Positions 35,126 to 44,452 of a DNA stretch of 64,000 bases are shown piece after piece. The first letter of the stretch is position 1. Each line of letters starts with the position of its first letter. The stretch comes from an uncultured bacterium (GTDB taxonomy: Bacteria > Margulisbacteria > WOR-1 > CAVSGV01). The DNA is taken from contig CAVYHE010000003.1 in assembly GCA_963768305.1 (NCBI GenBank), forward strand, positions 256,001 through 320,000. The letters run 5' to 3'. Below the pieces are notes generated by a model. The model ran no database searches. It worked only from the letters and a program-made list of their open reading frames with translations, and was not told the DNA's origin. The translations under genes were made by a program, and so were the position numbers.

Positions 35126-36226
35126 CTACGCTTTTTCCCCTCTCGGAGGCGCATACCGTGAAACATTAAGAAGGATGCCGGCCCCGAAAAGTGCGGTCAC
35201 AAGCGACGTTCCGCCGTAGCTGACGAACGGGAGCGGAATGCCTGTGGTCGGAAGTATCCCCATTACCACGCTCATGTTCAATACCGCCTGAAGGGATATC
35301 CATGCGACTATGCCCGCGCATAAAAGCATAAGGAACGGATCGGGCGCATTCCTTACAATGCGCACTCCGCGGGCCGCGAAGATAATGAAAAGAAAGATCA
35401 GGAAAAGAGCCCCGATCAAACCCATTTCCTCGCAATATATCGCAAAAATGAAATCAGTGTAATTTTGCGGAAGATAGAAGAATTTCTGCCTGCTCCCTCC
35501 CAGTCCGAGGCCGAACAACCCTCCGCTGCCCACCGCGATCAGAGATTGGATTATATGAAAACCTATCCCTCTTGGGTCTTCCCACGGGTCCCTGAAGGCC
35601 AGAAGCCGATTCACCCTGTAAGGGCTTTTAATGCTGATAAAAATGATTCCGAAGATCCCGGCAATAATGATTGACAAAAAATTCTTTCCGGGGGTTCCTG
35701 CAAGATAAAATATCACAAAAGCGACCATCGATATTACAATGGCTGTTCCTATATCCGGTTCCATTATAATGAGAAGAACGAAAGCCAGCGTCGCCGATAA
35801 AGCCGGTAATGCAGCCTTGGATAATGGTTTGGATGAAAGCTCTTTGGCCAGGTAAATTATCAGCGCCATCTTGGCGATCTCCGCCGGCTGGAACGAGAAC
35901 AAGCTCGCGTTCAACCACCTGTGTGCGCCGCTTACCCTGATACCCGCACCCGGTATCAGAACGGCGAGAAGAAGGAAAAGTGCTGCAACGATAATATAAG
36001 CAGCCTTGTCCTTCAAAATATCCGGGTCAAGACGGAAGCCCGCGTACAATGCGACGAGACCCAGAGCCAGAGAAATAAGATGTTTTTTCAGATAAAAAAA
36101 GCTGTCGCCATGCCGCATCGCCATGGTAGGGCTTGCGGAAAATACCATGAGCACGCCCACCGATAAAAGAGCGGCAATGACGAAGAGCAGCCAAAAATCC
36201 GGGCGCGATCTATAAATTCTTGACAA
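35126..36226 (-). CDS. ftsW: Cell division protein FtsW (SEDS)
   Basis: GAHRW, QPAE.AK, PD.GT, TDFIFA, PTTGIPLPFVSYGG; start approximate. Confidence 0.92.
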   Translation of the reverse strand: MSRIYRSRPDFWLLFVIAALLSVGVLMVFSASPTMAMRHGDSFFYLKKHLISLALGLVALYAGFRLDPDILKDKAAYIIVAALFLLLAVLIPGAGIRVSGAHRWLNASLFSFQPAEIAKMALIIYLAKELSSKPLSKAALPALSATLAFVLLIIMEPDIGTAIVISMVAFVIFYLAGTPGKNFLSIIIAGIFGIIFISIKSPYRVNRLLAFRDPWEDPRGIGFHIIQSLIAVGSGGLFGLGLGGSRQKFFYLPQNYTDFIFAIYCEEMGLIGALFLIFLFIIFAARGVRIVRNAPDPFLMLLCAGIVAWISLQAVLNMSVVMGILPTTGIPLPFVSYGGTSLVTALFGAGILLNVSRYAPPRGEKA

Positions 36227-37526
36227 TATGTTTAAAGATCCTTCCTCTTTCTTCAAAATCCCTGAACATGTCAAAGCTCGCGCAGGCGGGGGACAAAAGC
36301 ACCGCGTCGCCGCAAGTCGCGGACTTATATGAACGTTCAACGGCTTCTTTGAAATTCTTCGCTTGATCGATGTTCTTAAAGCCCGATCTTATTAAAGCTT
36401 GCCGGAATCTGTCTTTTGCCTCTCCTATCAGAACAACATCTTTCACGTGGCTTCTTATCTCTTTGCAAAGGCCCGAAAGATCCGTCATCTTATCCCTGCC
36501 GCCCAGGATAAGGATTATACCGTGCGCTGGATAAAGGGCTTTGATCGCAACGATAGTGGAATCCGGGTTCGTCCCTTTTGAATCATTGAAAAATGAGATC
36601 CCCTTTGTTTTTCTAACGAATTCTATCCTGTGTTCGACCCCTTTGAATCCCATCAATGTCCTTTTGATCGATGACGCGGGGACTTTGCATATGACGGCAG
36701 CGGCGATCGCTGCAAGGCAATTTTCAATATTGTGAGCGCCTTTTATCTTTATCTCGCCGACCTTACAGACACGTTTTGAGCCGTAAAAGATCGTTCCATT
36801 ATCCACATAGGCGCCGTCCTTGACCCGCTTTTTTTGGCTGAAGCCTATTTTTTTACATTTCGCTTTTCGTGAGAGCGCGTCAACGCGTTCATCATCGCGG
36901 TTATAAACAAGGAAATCGCCCCTGCCCTGCCTGCCAAATATCCTTGATTTTGCGCTCACATACTCTTTCATGGTCCTGTGCCGAGTCAAATGGTCTTCTG
37001 TTATGTTCAAGATAATGCTTATCCACGGTCTGAAATCTTTCACTGTTTCCAGCTGATAGCTGCTTATCTCCGCTACTATCAGGTCCAGTTTCGCATCATT
37101 AACGGAGATAAGTGGTTTGCCGATATTACCGGCTATCGCGACCTTTCTGCCGTGATCTTTCAGTATCTGCCCGATGAGCGCTGTCGTGGTGGTCTTGCCG
37201 TTCGTTCCTGTCACTGCGATGATCGGCTTTGTAAGAAAAGAATACGCAAGCTCTATCTCGCCGATGATCGGGATATTCCTCCGTTTCGCTTTGCGCAGAA
37301 CCGGGATATCCAGACTGATGCCGGGGCTGACGATTATCAGATCTGTGCCATCGAGAGCTTTTTCCGTGTGTCCGCCAAGTTCATATCGGATGCCAAATCT
37401 TTTTAATTCGGAGAAGGCCTTATTATCAAGATGCTTTTTCTCTTCCGTAAGAAAAACGGAATTGTTCCTGAGCTTTTTTGCCACGGCGATGCCGCTTTTC
37501 CCCGCCCCAAAAACAGCGATCTTCAT
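36210..37526 (-). CDS. murD: UDP-MurNAc-L-Ala--D-Glu ligase
   Basis: TGTNGKTTT, EISSYQL, DSKGTN, SPACASFD. Confidence 0.95.
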   Translation of the reverse strand: MKIAVFGAGKSGIAVAKKLRNNSVFLTEEKKHLDNKAFSELKRFGIRYELGGHTEKALDGTDLIIVSPGISLDIPVLRKAKRRNIPIIGEIELAYSFLTKPIIAVTGTNGKTTTTALIGQILKDHGRKVAIAGNIGKPLISVNDAKLDLIVAEISSYQLETVKDFRPWISIILNITEDHLTRHRTMKEYVSAKSRIFGRQGRGDFLVYNRDDERVDALSRKAKCKKIGFSQKKRVKDGAYVDNGTIFYGSKRVCKVGEIKIKGAHNIENCLAAIAAAVICKVPASSIKRTLMGFKGVEHRIEFVRKTKGISFFNDSKGTNPDSTIVAIKALYPAHGIILILGGRDKMTDLSGLCKEIRSHVKDVVLIGEAKDRFRQALIRSGFKNIDQAKNFKEAVERSYKSATCGDAVLLSPACASFDMFRDFEERGRIFKHIVKNL

Positions 37527-38482
37527 AATATGCCGCTACACACCACGCCTGCTATGGCAAATAATATCCCGAAGACCACGAACATGGCGACGACCAGAGG
37601 TTCAGACATCCCCAGAAGCTCAAAATGATGATGAAGCGGCGCCATTTTTAACAGCCTTTTTCCGAATGCCTTGAAGAAAGAGACTTGCGCTATCACGGAA
37701 AGCGCTTCTATGAGAAAAACCCCGCCGATAATGGCCAGGACGATCTCCATGTGAAGTATGACGGCGACGCCTGCAAGGAGCGCGCCAAGCCCGAGCGCCC
37801 CCACATCGCCCATAAAGACCTCGGCGGGATAAATATTGAACCACAAGAACGCGAAACACGCTCCGGCGGCGGCCGATGTCACCACACCGGGATCATTGGC
37901 CTGGATATAAAAGGAGATCACCGCGAAAGCGGAAAAAGCCACCGTAAGAGTGCCGGCGGCAAGCCCGTCGAGCCCGTCAGTGAGATTGACCGCGTTCGCG
38001 GTCCCTACAATAACCAGGCAGATGAAAGGGAAATATATCCAAGGAACATCAAAATGGAGCTGCTTTAATATCCCGCTTACGTCGCTGTTGTGGCCGGTCC
38101 ATATCAGCAGCAAAGCGAAGATGGCCGCAAAAACGAACTGCCAGAACAATTTCTGACGGGACGTCAGGCCTTCATTGTGCCGCGTACGTATCTTGATAAG
38201 GTCATCGACGAATCCAAGCATTGAAAAAGCCAGGAAAAGCAGGACCAGCGCAAAATATTTCAATTCCATGTCGATATTGATGAGGATTATTATGAACAAA
38301 AGGATCGCGACCATTATCGCTATCCCGCCCATAGTGGGGGTTCCGGCTTTCATAAGGTGGGATGAAGGCCCTTCCTGGCGGATGGACTGGCCGATCTTAA
38401 ATACCTTTAACACCCAAACAACAGGGAAGCTGATAAGCCAGCAGGCCATAGCGGAAAAAAGGAACGTGATAAGAAGGCTCAT
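37523..38482 (-). CDS. mraY: Phospho-MurNAc-pentapeptide transferase
   Basis: KAGTPTMGG, NLTDGLDGL, FMGD.G, APLHHHFE. Confidence 0.95.
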   Translation of the reverse strand: MSLLITFLFSAMACWLISFPVVWVLKVFKIGQSIRQEGPSSHLMKAGTPTMGGIAIMVAILLFIIILINIDMELKYFALVLLFLAFSMLGFVDDLIKIRTRHNEGLTSRQKLFWQFVFAAIFALLLIWTGHNSDVSGILKQLHFDVPWIYFPFICLVIVGTANAVNLTDGLDGLAAGTLTVAFSAFAVISFYIQANDPGVVTSAAAGACFAFLWFNIYPAEVFMGDVGALGLGALLAGVAVILHMEIVLAIIGGVFLIEALSVIAQVSFFKAFGKRLLKMAPLHHHFELLGMSEPLVVAMFVVFGILFAIAGVVCSGIL

Positions 38483-38502
38483 ATATCGGGATTATATCAA
38501 AA

Positions 38503-38543
38503 TAAAAAACCCCCGTCTACATTCTGGTAAACGGGGGTTTTAT
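38503..38543. terminator. Intrinsic terminator, possibly bidirectional
   Basis: AAAACCCCCGT...ACGGGGGTTTT hairpin with A/T tails downstream of the 38560 gene. Confidence 0.8.
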
Positions 38544-38559
38544 CAGATGCAATGCTTAT

Positions 38560-39114
38560 TTAGAAATCGAGATTTATGCCCAGCGAAATAAGCGTCGGAA
38601 GGCCTATTCCCAGCCTTGTCCTGACGTTATCTGTCAGAAGCCATTCATATCCCATTTCAGCGTTGAGGATGCCCAGCTCAACATAGGTCAAATGATTGAC
38701 ACCAAGCATGTTCCTCGCCTGGGTGGGGACGTCACTGTCGCTTATGCCGGGGTTGTTTTTCTTTACCGCTATTACGGCCGCTTTCATGTCCGCGACTGAC
38801 GGATATCCGCTGAACCATGTATAGCCGAACCCTATCCCCGAGATCAATCCGTATTCATCTCTCGGGAAGTCGATGCCGTCCTTGTCAACGAACCCTATTA
38901 AAGGGCTGCCGCCGAAACCAAGGCCGATAGTGAAATGGTTGGTGATGACGGACGGATCTGCCGCTCCCAACGCCGGTTCAGCTGGCGGCGTCGGAGGCGT
39001 CACTACCTCAGCTTTTGGTTTTTCGGTGGTAGGCGCAGGTGCTCCCGCGAATGCCGCCATTCCGAAGAGCGAAACAAAAACCGTAGCCATTAACACATAC
39101 TTTGCTATCTTCAT
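38560..39114 (-). CDS. Secreted or outer-membrane hypothetical protein
   Basis: Signal peptide, Pro-rich linker, C-terminal ...GINLDF; has its own promoter and terminator. Confidence 0.7.
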   Translation of the reverse strand: MKIAKYVLMATVFVSLFGMAAFAGAPAPTTEKPKAEVVTPPTPPAEPALGAADPSVITNHFTIGLGFGGSPLIGFVDKDGIDFPRDEYGLISGIGFGYTWFSGYPSVADMKAAVIAVKKNNPGISDSDVPTQARNMLGVNHLTYVELGILNAEMGYEWLLTDNVRTRLGIGLPTLISLGINLDF

Positions 39115-39151
39115 TTTTTTACCCCCCTCAATTTATTTTGGAACTGTGTGA

Positions 39152-39179
39152 ATTATAAACCACGAGTAATATTTGTCAA
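39152..39179 (-). promoter_or_regulatory. Consensus sigma70 promoter
   Basis: Minus strand TTGACA-16 bp-TATAAT. Confidence 0.7.
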
Positions 39180-39197
39180 GGGGGAATTTTGGCCAAA

Positions 39198-39231
39198 AGA
39201 AAAACCCCGGTTTTTACGCCGGGGTTTTCTT
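39198..39231. terminator. Intrinsic terminator
   Basis: AAAACCCCGG...CCGGGGTTTT hairpin. Confidence 0.8.
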
Positions 39232-39262
39232 GAGACTTAAATATATATAAGTCCTTCAGGAA

Positions 39263-40046
39263 CTAGAACATGTACACATAGCCGACTGAGAGACCGGAAA
39301 CTGAGCTGGCAGAGCCATCCTTATCGCCTGTGGCCGAATGCCCATGCGCCGTGACCTCGCCCCAAGAATCATTTTCCGTATCATACTCAATTGCTACCGC
39401 CTGGTTATCGGCAATGCCGACATAAACGCCCAGGTTGAACATAAGGCCGGTACCGGGGACGGCATCAACTTTTGAACCGCCAATAGTTTTCCCTAAATCC
39501 TGTGACAAGGATTTCAGGGCTACCCCTCCGTACGGCACGCAGATACCGATCTGCTTGCTGAATATCGCGGCAAGAGCATAGGTGGTCACAACGACTGATG
39601 TGTTTGAGAGGTTATCTGCCTTCAAGCCAACAGTGGACTGCTCATAGCCGACCAATACCGCTGCATCGCAAGGTAACATGTTCACGGATTTCGGAAGCGT
39701 ATATTTCACGCCTAAATCGAGAATGCTGCCGGATGTCTGTTTTACGCCTGGTAATATGTCATCCAATGCCGGGATGTTAACCAGAGTAGTAACAGCATAG
39801 CCGCCCACAACATCCAGTCCGTCCATTATTCCGTAGGTTCCTTTGACGCCTAAGCCTGTTGCATCCATAAATCTGGGGATCCATTTGGTTGTTATTTGCG
39901 ATATTGCCATTATGGCTGCCTCCATAAACGCCCAACAGGTCCCAGTTGCCCTTGCCCACTCCATTGGCGGTCAAAAAGCTGACCGACGCGAATGAAGAAG
40001 CGGCGAACATCATGATTATCAGCTAATGCTAAAATTGTTTTCTTCA
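39263..40046 (-). CDS. Outer-membrane beta-barrel-like hypothetical protein; frameshifts in the 5' part
   Basis: MKKTILAL signal peptide, alternating beta strands, C-terminal GYVYMF. Confidence 0.65.
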
Positions 40047-40162
40047 TAATTTTCCTCCATTTTTCATTTTGAAAAAACGGATTTCTTTTTCACCTCCTTT
40101 CATTTAAATTTGATTTAAAATGTAATGCCAGGATCGAACTAGCCGATCATGGCAACCGACCT

Positions 40163-40825
40163 TTACTTTGCTTTAAAAAGATTCGTCAGGAAATCCGCCG
40201 CAATGTCCTTGCAGCCAAGCCCGAAAGCTATGGCGAACGCAAGTCCCACGGCGCCTACTATCACGCTGAACGACGCGACTATTATCGCCGATGAGATCCC
40301 GAGTATCTCTATCGCCTTCAAAAAACCGAAAATATTAACGCTGTACTGAGCGATCCTCGCAAGTGTCTTTGAGTTGGAAAGGCCCACATTGTTCGCTATG
40401 ACCATCACTATGCCGGCAATGACAACGGAAAGAAAGATCGAAAGCCCCATAATGAAAATGGCGGCAATGACAGCGACGGAATAATTAAGGAGCATGTTCA
40501 AGAGCTCTTTCGAATTCGCGGGGCCGTACGCCATCGCTATGGAAGTGACCGAGATGAATATAACGAGCCAGTACACCAATTCTCCCAGAAGTTCCGTCGG
40601 GGATCTCTTTATTTCGCCCCTTGTGAGGAACGGCGTGAAGCCTATGGATGCAAGGCCTTTATCAAGCATGGCGGCTTTTAATATGTATACAACGATGAGC
40701 TGGAGCCCTTTTGCGACAAGAAGAGCGACAAGCAGAAGCACCAGAGAGACCAGAAGATTGAGAAGCAAAGGAGAAATCGTGTTCGCGACATCCATTATCG
40801 GATTCAATATCATTTGTAAGTCCAT
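40163..40825 (-). CDS. Small mechanosensitive-channel-related TM-helix (CmpX-like) protein
   Basis: LAFAIAFGLGCKD motif; multi-TM. Confidence 0.7.
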   Translation of the reverse strand: MDLQMILNPIMDVANTISPLLLNLLVSLVLLLVALLVAKGLQLIVVYILKAAMLDKGLASIGFTPFLTRGEIKRSPTELLGELVYWLVIFISVTSIAMAYGPANSKELLNMLLNYSVAVIAAIFIMGLSIFLSVVIAGIVMVIANNVGLSNSKTLARIAQYSVNIFGFLKAIEILGISSAIIVASFSVIVGAVGLAFAIAFGLGCKDIAADFLTNLFKAK

Positions 40826-40901
40826 TGTTTTATTCCCCTCTCGTGATTGAACATTGAAATAATTATGATAACTAGAACCTTAAGTTTTCGTTATCACCCC
40901 C

Positions 40902-41117
40902 TCAAGTGATGGACAGTATCAATGATATCAGCATAAATACGCCCGCGCAAGCATAAGTTATCCTGTCCAGGCCTTCTTCAAGTCCCTTTTGAGTGCCGAA
41001 CAATCTTGCCTGCCCGCCGATCCCGCCAAGACCTTCGCCTTTCGCGGAATGGAGTAATATCGCGACAATAAGGAAAAACGCGGAAAGAACTTGAATGGAT
41101 AGCAATAAACCTTTCAT
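40902..41117 (-). CDS. secG: Preprotein translocase subunit SecG
   Basis: ILLHSAKGEGLGGIGG...LDRIT. Confidence 0.88.
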   Translation of the reverse strand: MKGLLLSIQVLSAFFLIVAILLHSAKGEGLGGIGGQARLFGTQKGLEEGLDRITYACAGVFMLISLILSIT

Positions 41118-41140
41118 TGAAGCCAAAGTTTAGCACAGGG

Positions 41141-42673
41141 CTACTTCTTGTCAAGGGCTATCAAAGTTCGCCCCGTCATTTCTTTCGGCTGTTTAATGGA
41201 AAGGAGCTGAAGGATCGTCGGCGCGATGTCGGCCAGTATGCCGTTATCCCTGAGACGAGCCTTGATATCATCTGAAACAATGATGAAAGGGACCCTGTTG
41301 CACGTGTGGGCGGTCCAAGGGCCTTTTGTCTCATAATTGTATTTTTGTTCGGCGTTCCCGTGGTCGGCTGTGATGAGCGTTATTCCGCCCTGTTTTTTTA
41401 CAGCGTCCGCCACTCTTCCAACGCACTTGTTCACTGTCTCCACCGCCTTGATGGTCGCATCCAGCATACCGGAGTGGCCTACCATGTCGCAATTGGCGTA
41501 ATTCATCATTATCACGTCGTATTTTCCGCTTTCGATCTCCTTTATCACGCGGTCTGTGACTTCTGGCGCGCTCATTTCAGGTTTAAGGTCATATGTCGCC
41601 ACTTTCGGGGAAGGAAGAAGTATCCTGTCCTCATTTGGGAACGGTTTTTCGACTCCGCCGTTGAAGAAGAACGTAACATGCGCGTATTTTTCCGTTTCGG
41701 CGATGCGCAGCTGTTTCTTTCCGTTTTTGCTCAAAACATCGGCCAGAATATTTTTCAGTTCCTGCGGAGGGAACGCAACAGGCGCCTTGATCGTCACGTC
41801 ATACTGCGTCAGGCAGACGAAATGGGTTTTCGGATGGATTTTTCTTGTGAAACCGTCAAAGGGATCGTCGGTGAAGCATCTGGTTATTTCCCTCGCCCTG
41901 TCGCCCCTGAAATTGAAAAAGATCACAGAATCATTATCGGATATCGTAGCGCCGCCTTTTATGACGATCGGTTTTATGAACTCGTCGGTTTCTTTCCTGT
42001 CGTACGCGTTCTGCATTGCCTGGATAGGATCAGATCCCTCAACCCCTGCTCCACTTGTCATCGCGTCATACGCCTGCGAAACTCTCTCCCATCTCTTGTC
42101 GCGGTCCATGGCGTAGTATCTTCCGATGATCGTTGCGATCTTCCCGGTGCCAAGTTCTTTCATTTTCTTCTGCAGTTCCTCGATATAACCTTTTCCGCTT
42201 TCGGGCGGCGTGTCCCTTCCGTCCATGAAGCAGTGGACATATACATTATTGATGTTGTTTCGTTTGGCGAAGTCGAGGAGCGCGTAGAGGTGTTTGTTGT
42301 CGCTATGTACGCCGCCGTCGGAGAGAAGTCCCATTATATGAAGGTTCGACTTATTTTTTTTAGCGTTGCCGACAGCGCCGAGGAGGACTTTATTCCTGAA
42401 AAAATCGCCGTCTTTTATCGATTTGGTAATTCTTGTCAATTCCTGATAAACGATGCGGCCCGCGCCGATATTAAGGTGGCCCACTTCAGAGTTGCCCATT
42501 TGGCCTTCCGGCAGGCCGACGGATTCGCCGGAGCATCCGAGCGTTGTGGATGGATATTTTTTCGCGAGGTTATTGACGGTCTGGTCTTTGCAGAGTTTGA
42601 TCGCGTTAAAGTCCGAGCTTTCTCTCACTCCCCAGCCGTCCATTATTATCAATACGAGCGGTTTGTTTGGCAT
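41141..42673 (-). CDS. gpmI: BPG-independent phosphoglycerate mutase
   Basis: MDGWG, QMGNSEVGH, DMVGH, TADHGNAE. Confidence 0.95.
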   Translation of the reverse strand: MPNKPLVLIIMDGWGVRESSDFNAIKLCKDQTVNNLAKKYPSTTLGCSGESVGLPEGQMGNSEVGHLNIGAGRIVYQELTRITKSIKDGDFFRNKVLLGAVGNAKKNKSNLHIMGLLSDGGVHSDNKHLYALLDFAKRNNINNVYVHCFMDGRDTPPESGKGYIEELQKKMKELGTGKIATIIGRYYAMDRDKRWERVSQAYDAMTSGAGVEGSDPIQAMQNAYDRKETDEFIKPIVIKGGATISDNDSVIFFNFRGDRAREITRCFTDDPFDGFTRKIHPKTHFVCLTQYDVTIKAPVAFPPQELKNILADVLSKNGKKQLRIAETEKYAHVTFFFNGGVEKPFPNEDRILLPSPKVATYDLKPEMSAPEVTDRVIKEIESGKYDVIMMNYANCDMVGHSGMLDATIKAVETVNKCVGRVADAVKKQGGITLITADHGNAEQKYNYETKGPWTAHTCNRVPFIIVSDDIKARLRDNGILADIAPTILQLLSIKQPKEMTGRTLIALDKK

Positions 42674-42754
42674 TTGTTAAATGATAGTAGGAAAAATGGA
42701 ATTAGTAAAGCGAGAGATGAGAGATGAGGATTCTTGAAGTCACAAATTGTGACT

Positions 42755-43145
42755 TCAAGTTATCAAAAATCCCATATTATGCTTCCTGGTTGACCGCTCG
42801 ATGGTCAACTTGCGTATATCTCGCACCAATTCGCTGATGTTCGCGTCGTGCTTGAAGACGCGCTTTTCGAGCTGTTCTATCTTATGAGCAAGCGCTTGAT
42901 TGCCGGCTATCATCTGCCTCAGACGGATAAAAGCCCTCATTATCGCGACATTCACATACACGGCTCTTTTGCTACGAAGCACCCCTGACAACATGGCCAC
43001 TCCCTGTTCAGTAAAGGCTAAAGGAAGATATCTGGAGCCGCCCCAACTTGAGGTGTAATTTTTGCACCTCAAGATCTCATTGAATTCTTCCTTGCTCAAC
43101 TGGAACATAAAGTCGTCGGGAAATCGATCGATAGTTCCTTTTTTT
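42755..43145 (-). pseudogene. 5'-truncated ORF6N domain gene
   Basis: (KRN)IDRFPDDFMFQLSKEEF...WGG.RYLP.AFTEQGVAMLSGVLRS; similarity stops near 43145 at CCCTTAT-type low-complexity repeats. Confidence 0.8.
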
Positions 43146-43220
43146 TCTATCCCCTTATCCCTATATTCCCTTATCCCCTACCCCCTGCTTTATGCTACAA
43201 TTCCTCCGAGGTGATGCTTT

Positions 43221-43445
43221 ATGAACAAGGCTCAAACGCTCGTCCTCTGGATCGCAGGTCTTCTGATCACTGGGATCTTTTGCAACACAGGTCTTAATCT
43301 TCTCAGGCATGCGGCAGCGAACAAAGAACTGCTTGAAACGGGATATCCTTTCACGGTTGTTATTGGGACGGCCTGGACCTTCATCGCGCCGATAATAATT
43401 GTAGGAGTATTACTGGCGGTTTCGTTGAAGGGGCATGAGAAATAA
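43221..43445 (+). CDS. Small two-TM hypothetical protein
   Basis: GAGGTG RBS; two hydrophobic segments. Confidence 0.6.
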   Translation: MNKAQTLVLWIAGLLITGIFCNTGLNLLRHAAANKELLETGYPFTVVIGTAWTFIAPIIIVGVLLAVSLKGHEK

Positions 43446-43488
43446 AGAGATCACGATACAACTCAAAAATAAAAGGTGACATTTTCGT

Positions 43489-44121
43489 ATGAGTAATATA
43501 ATTTCATTTTTCAGCTTATTCGTAGCCATTGCTTCATTTTTTAGGGATAAGATTTTTGAGAACTTTAAGCCTGCATTAAAAATCGAAGCACAAAATAGAT
43601 CTCCGGATTGCGTAAAAACCCCCTTTTATACTCCCGATAGAGTCGTGAAAATTGATGGATATCAATTTCGCATAAGAATTATCAATGATAGTAAACAAGA
43701 AGCTACAAGAGTGAGGGTGACGGCAGAAAGGCTTGAGAAAATGGTTAATGGTAGTTTTGTTGCCGATAATAATTTTATCCCCTTATTTTTATTTTGGACC
43801 CATCATAGGACGACGGAAGTAAATATTTATAGTGAAACATATGCTTTTTGTGACTTTGGTATCATATATCACCCGCAAGGCCGCTTCGAAATTTATGGGG
43901 ACGATCCGACGCTACCTACAATATTGGAATTAGATACGACAGTAAAACCTTTCACAAAGAGCAATCTTATTCCACCAGGCAAATACTGGTTGACGATCAA
44001 AGTGTCGGGGTCAAATATTAAGCCTACAATCAAAAAGATTATTATTGATAACAGTGGGAAATGGTTTGACGATGAACGGGAAATGTTAATTCAAGGTACA
44101 ACAATTAAGGTTTTGGATTAG
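43489..44121 (+). CDS. Hypothetical protein, N-terminal TM anchor
   Basis: 210-aa AT-rich ORF with an RBS-like AAGGTG. Confidence 0.7.
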   Translation: MSNIISFFSLFVAIASFFRDKIFENFKPALKIEAQNRSPDCVKTPFYTPDRVVKIDGYQFRIRIINDSKQEATRVRVTAERLEKMVNGSFVADNNFIPLFLFWTHHRTTEVNIYSETYAFCDFGIIYHPQGRFEIYGDDPTLPTILELDTTVKPFTKSNLIPPGKYWLTIKVSGSNIKPTIKKIIIDNSGKWFDDEREMLIQGTTIKVLD

Positions 44122-44164
44122 TATTGCTCGTTTATGTTTTTTGTCTCAACACTCTATACATGCG

Positions 44165-44377
44165 TCATTTCAATCTTTCCCATATTTGTAAAACGAATCC
44201 TAATATAAGCAGAATGATTCCGGGCCAAAATACATACAAATTAATTATAGCAAAAGGGATGTTTATCGTATGCCACAAAAAATGACAGCCGGTTTCATAA
44301 GCCCCTGTGTTTTCAGAAACTGAAAAAGCAATAAATATACTTCCCAAAAAGTTTAAGATTAAACCTACTAAACCCAT
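44165..44377 (-). CDS. Small membrane hypothetical protein
   Basis: Hydrophobic GLILNFLGS...LGFVLQ pattern. Confidence 0.5.
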   Translation of the reverse strand: MGLVGLILNFLGSIFIAFSVSENTGAYETGCHFLWHTINIPFAIINLYVFWPGIILLILGFVLQIWERLK

Positions 44378-44452
44378 TTTATTGATTCGCTTTCTGCGCT
44401 CCCAAATAAATAGTATTCATATTTTGTGATTTCATTTATTGATGAAGTAAAA

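Noticed and set aside
41306..42727. Long antisense ORFs (also 8093-9193, 2708-3478, 24637-25326)
   Set aside because: Shadow frames opposite well-supported genes
43130..43190. ORF6N truncation as the island's att junction
   Set aside because: The missing 5' part is replaced by short CCCTTAT-type repeats, which fits a local deletion equally well; no att core can be identified in this window
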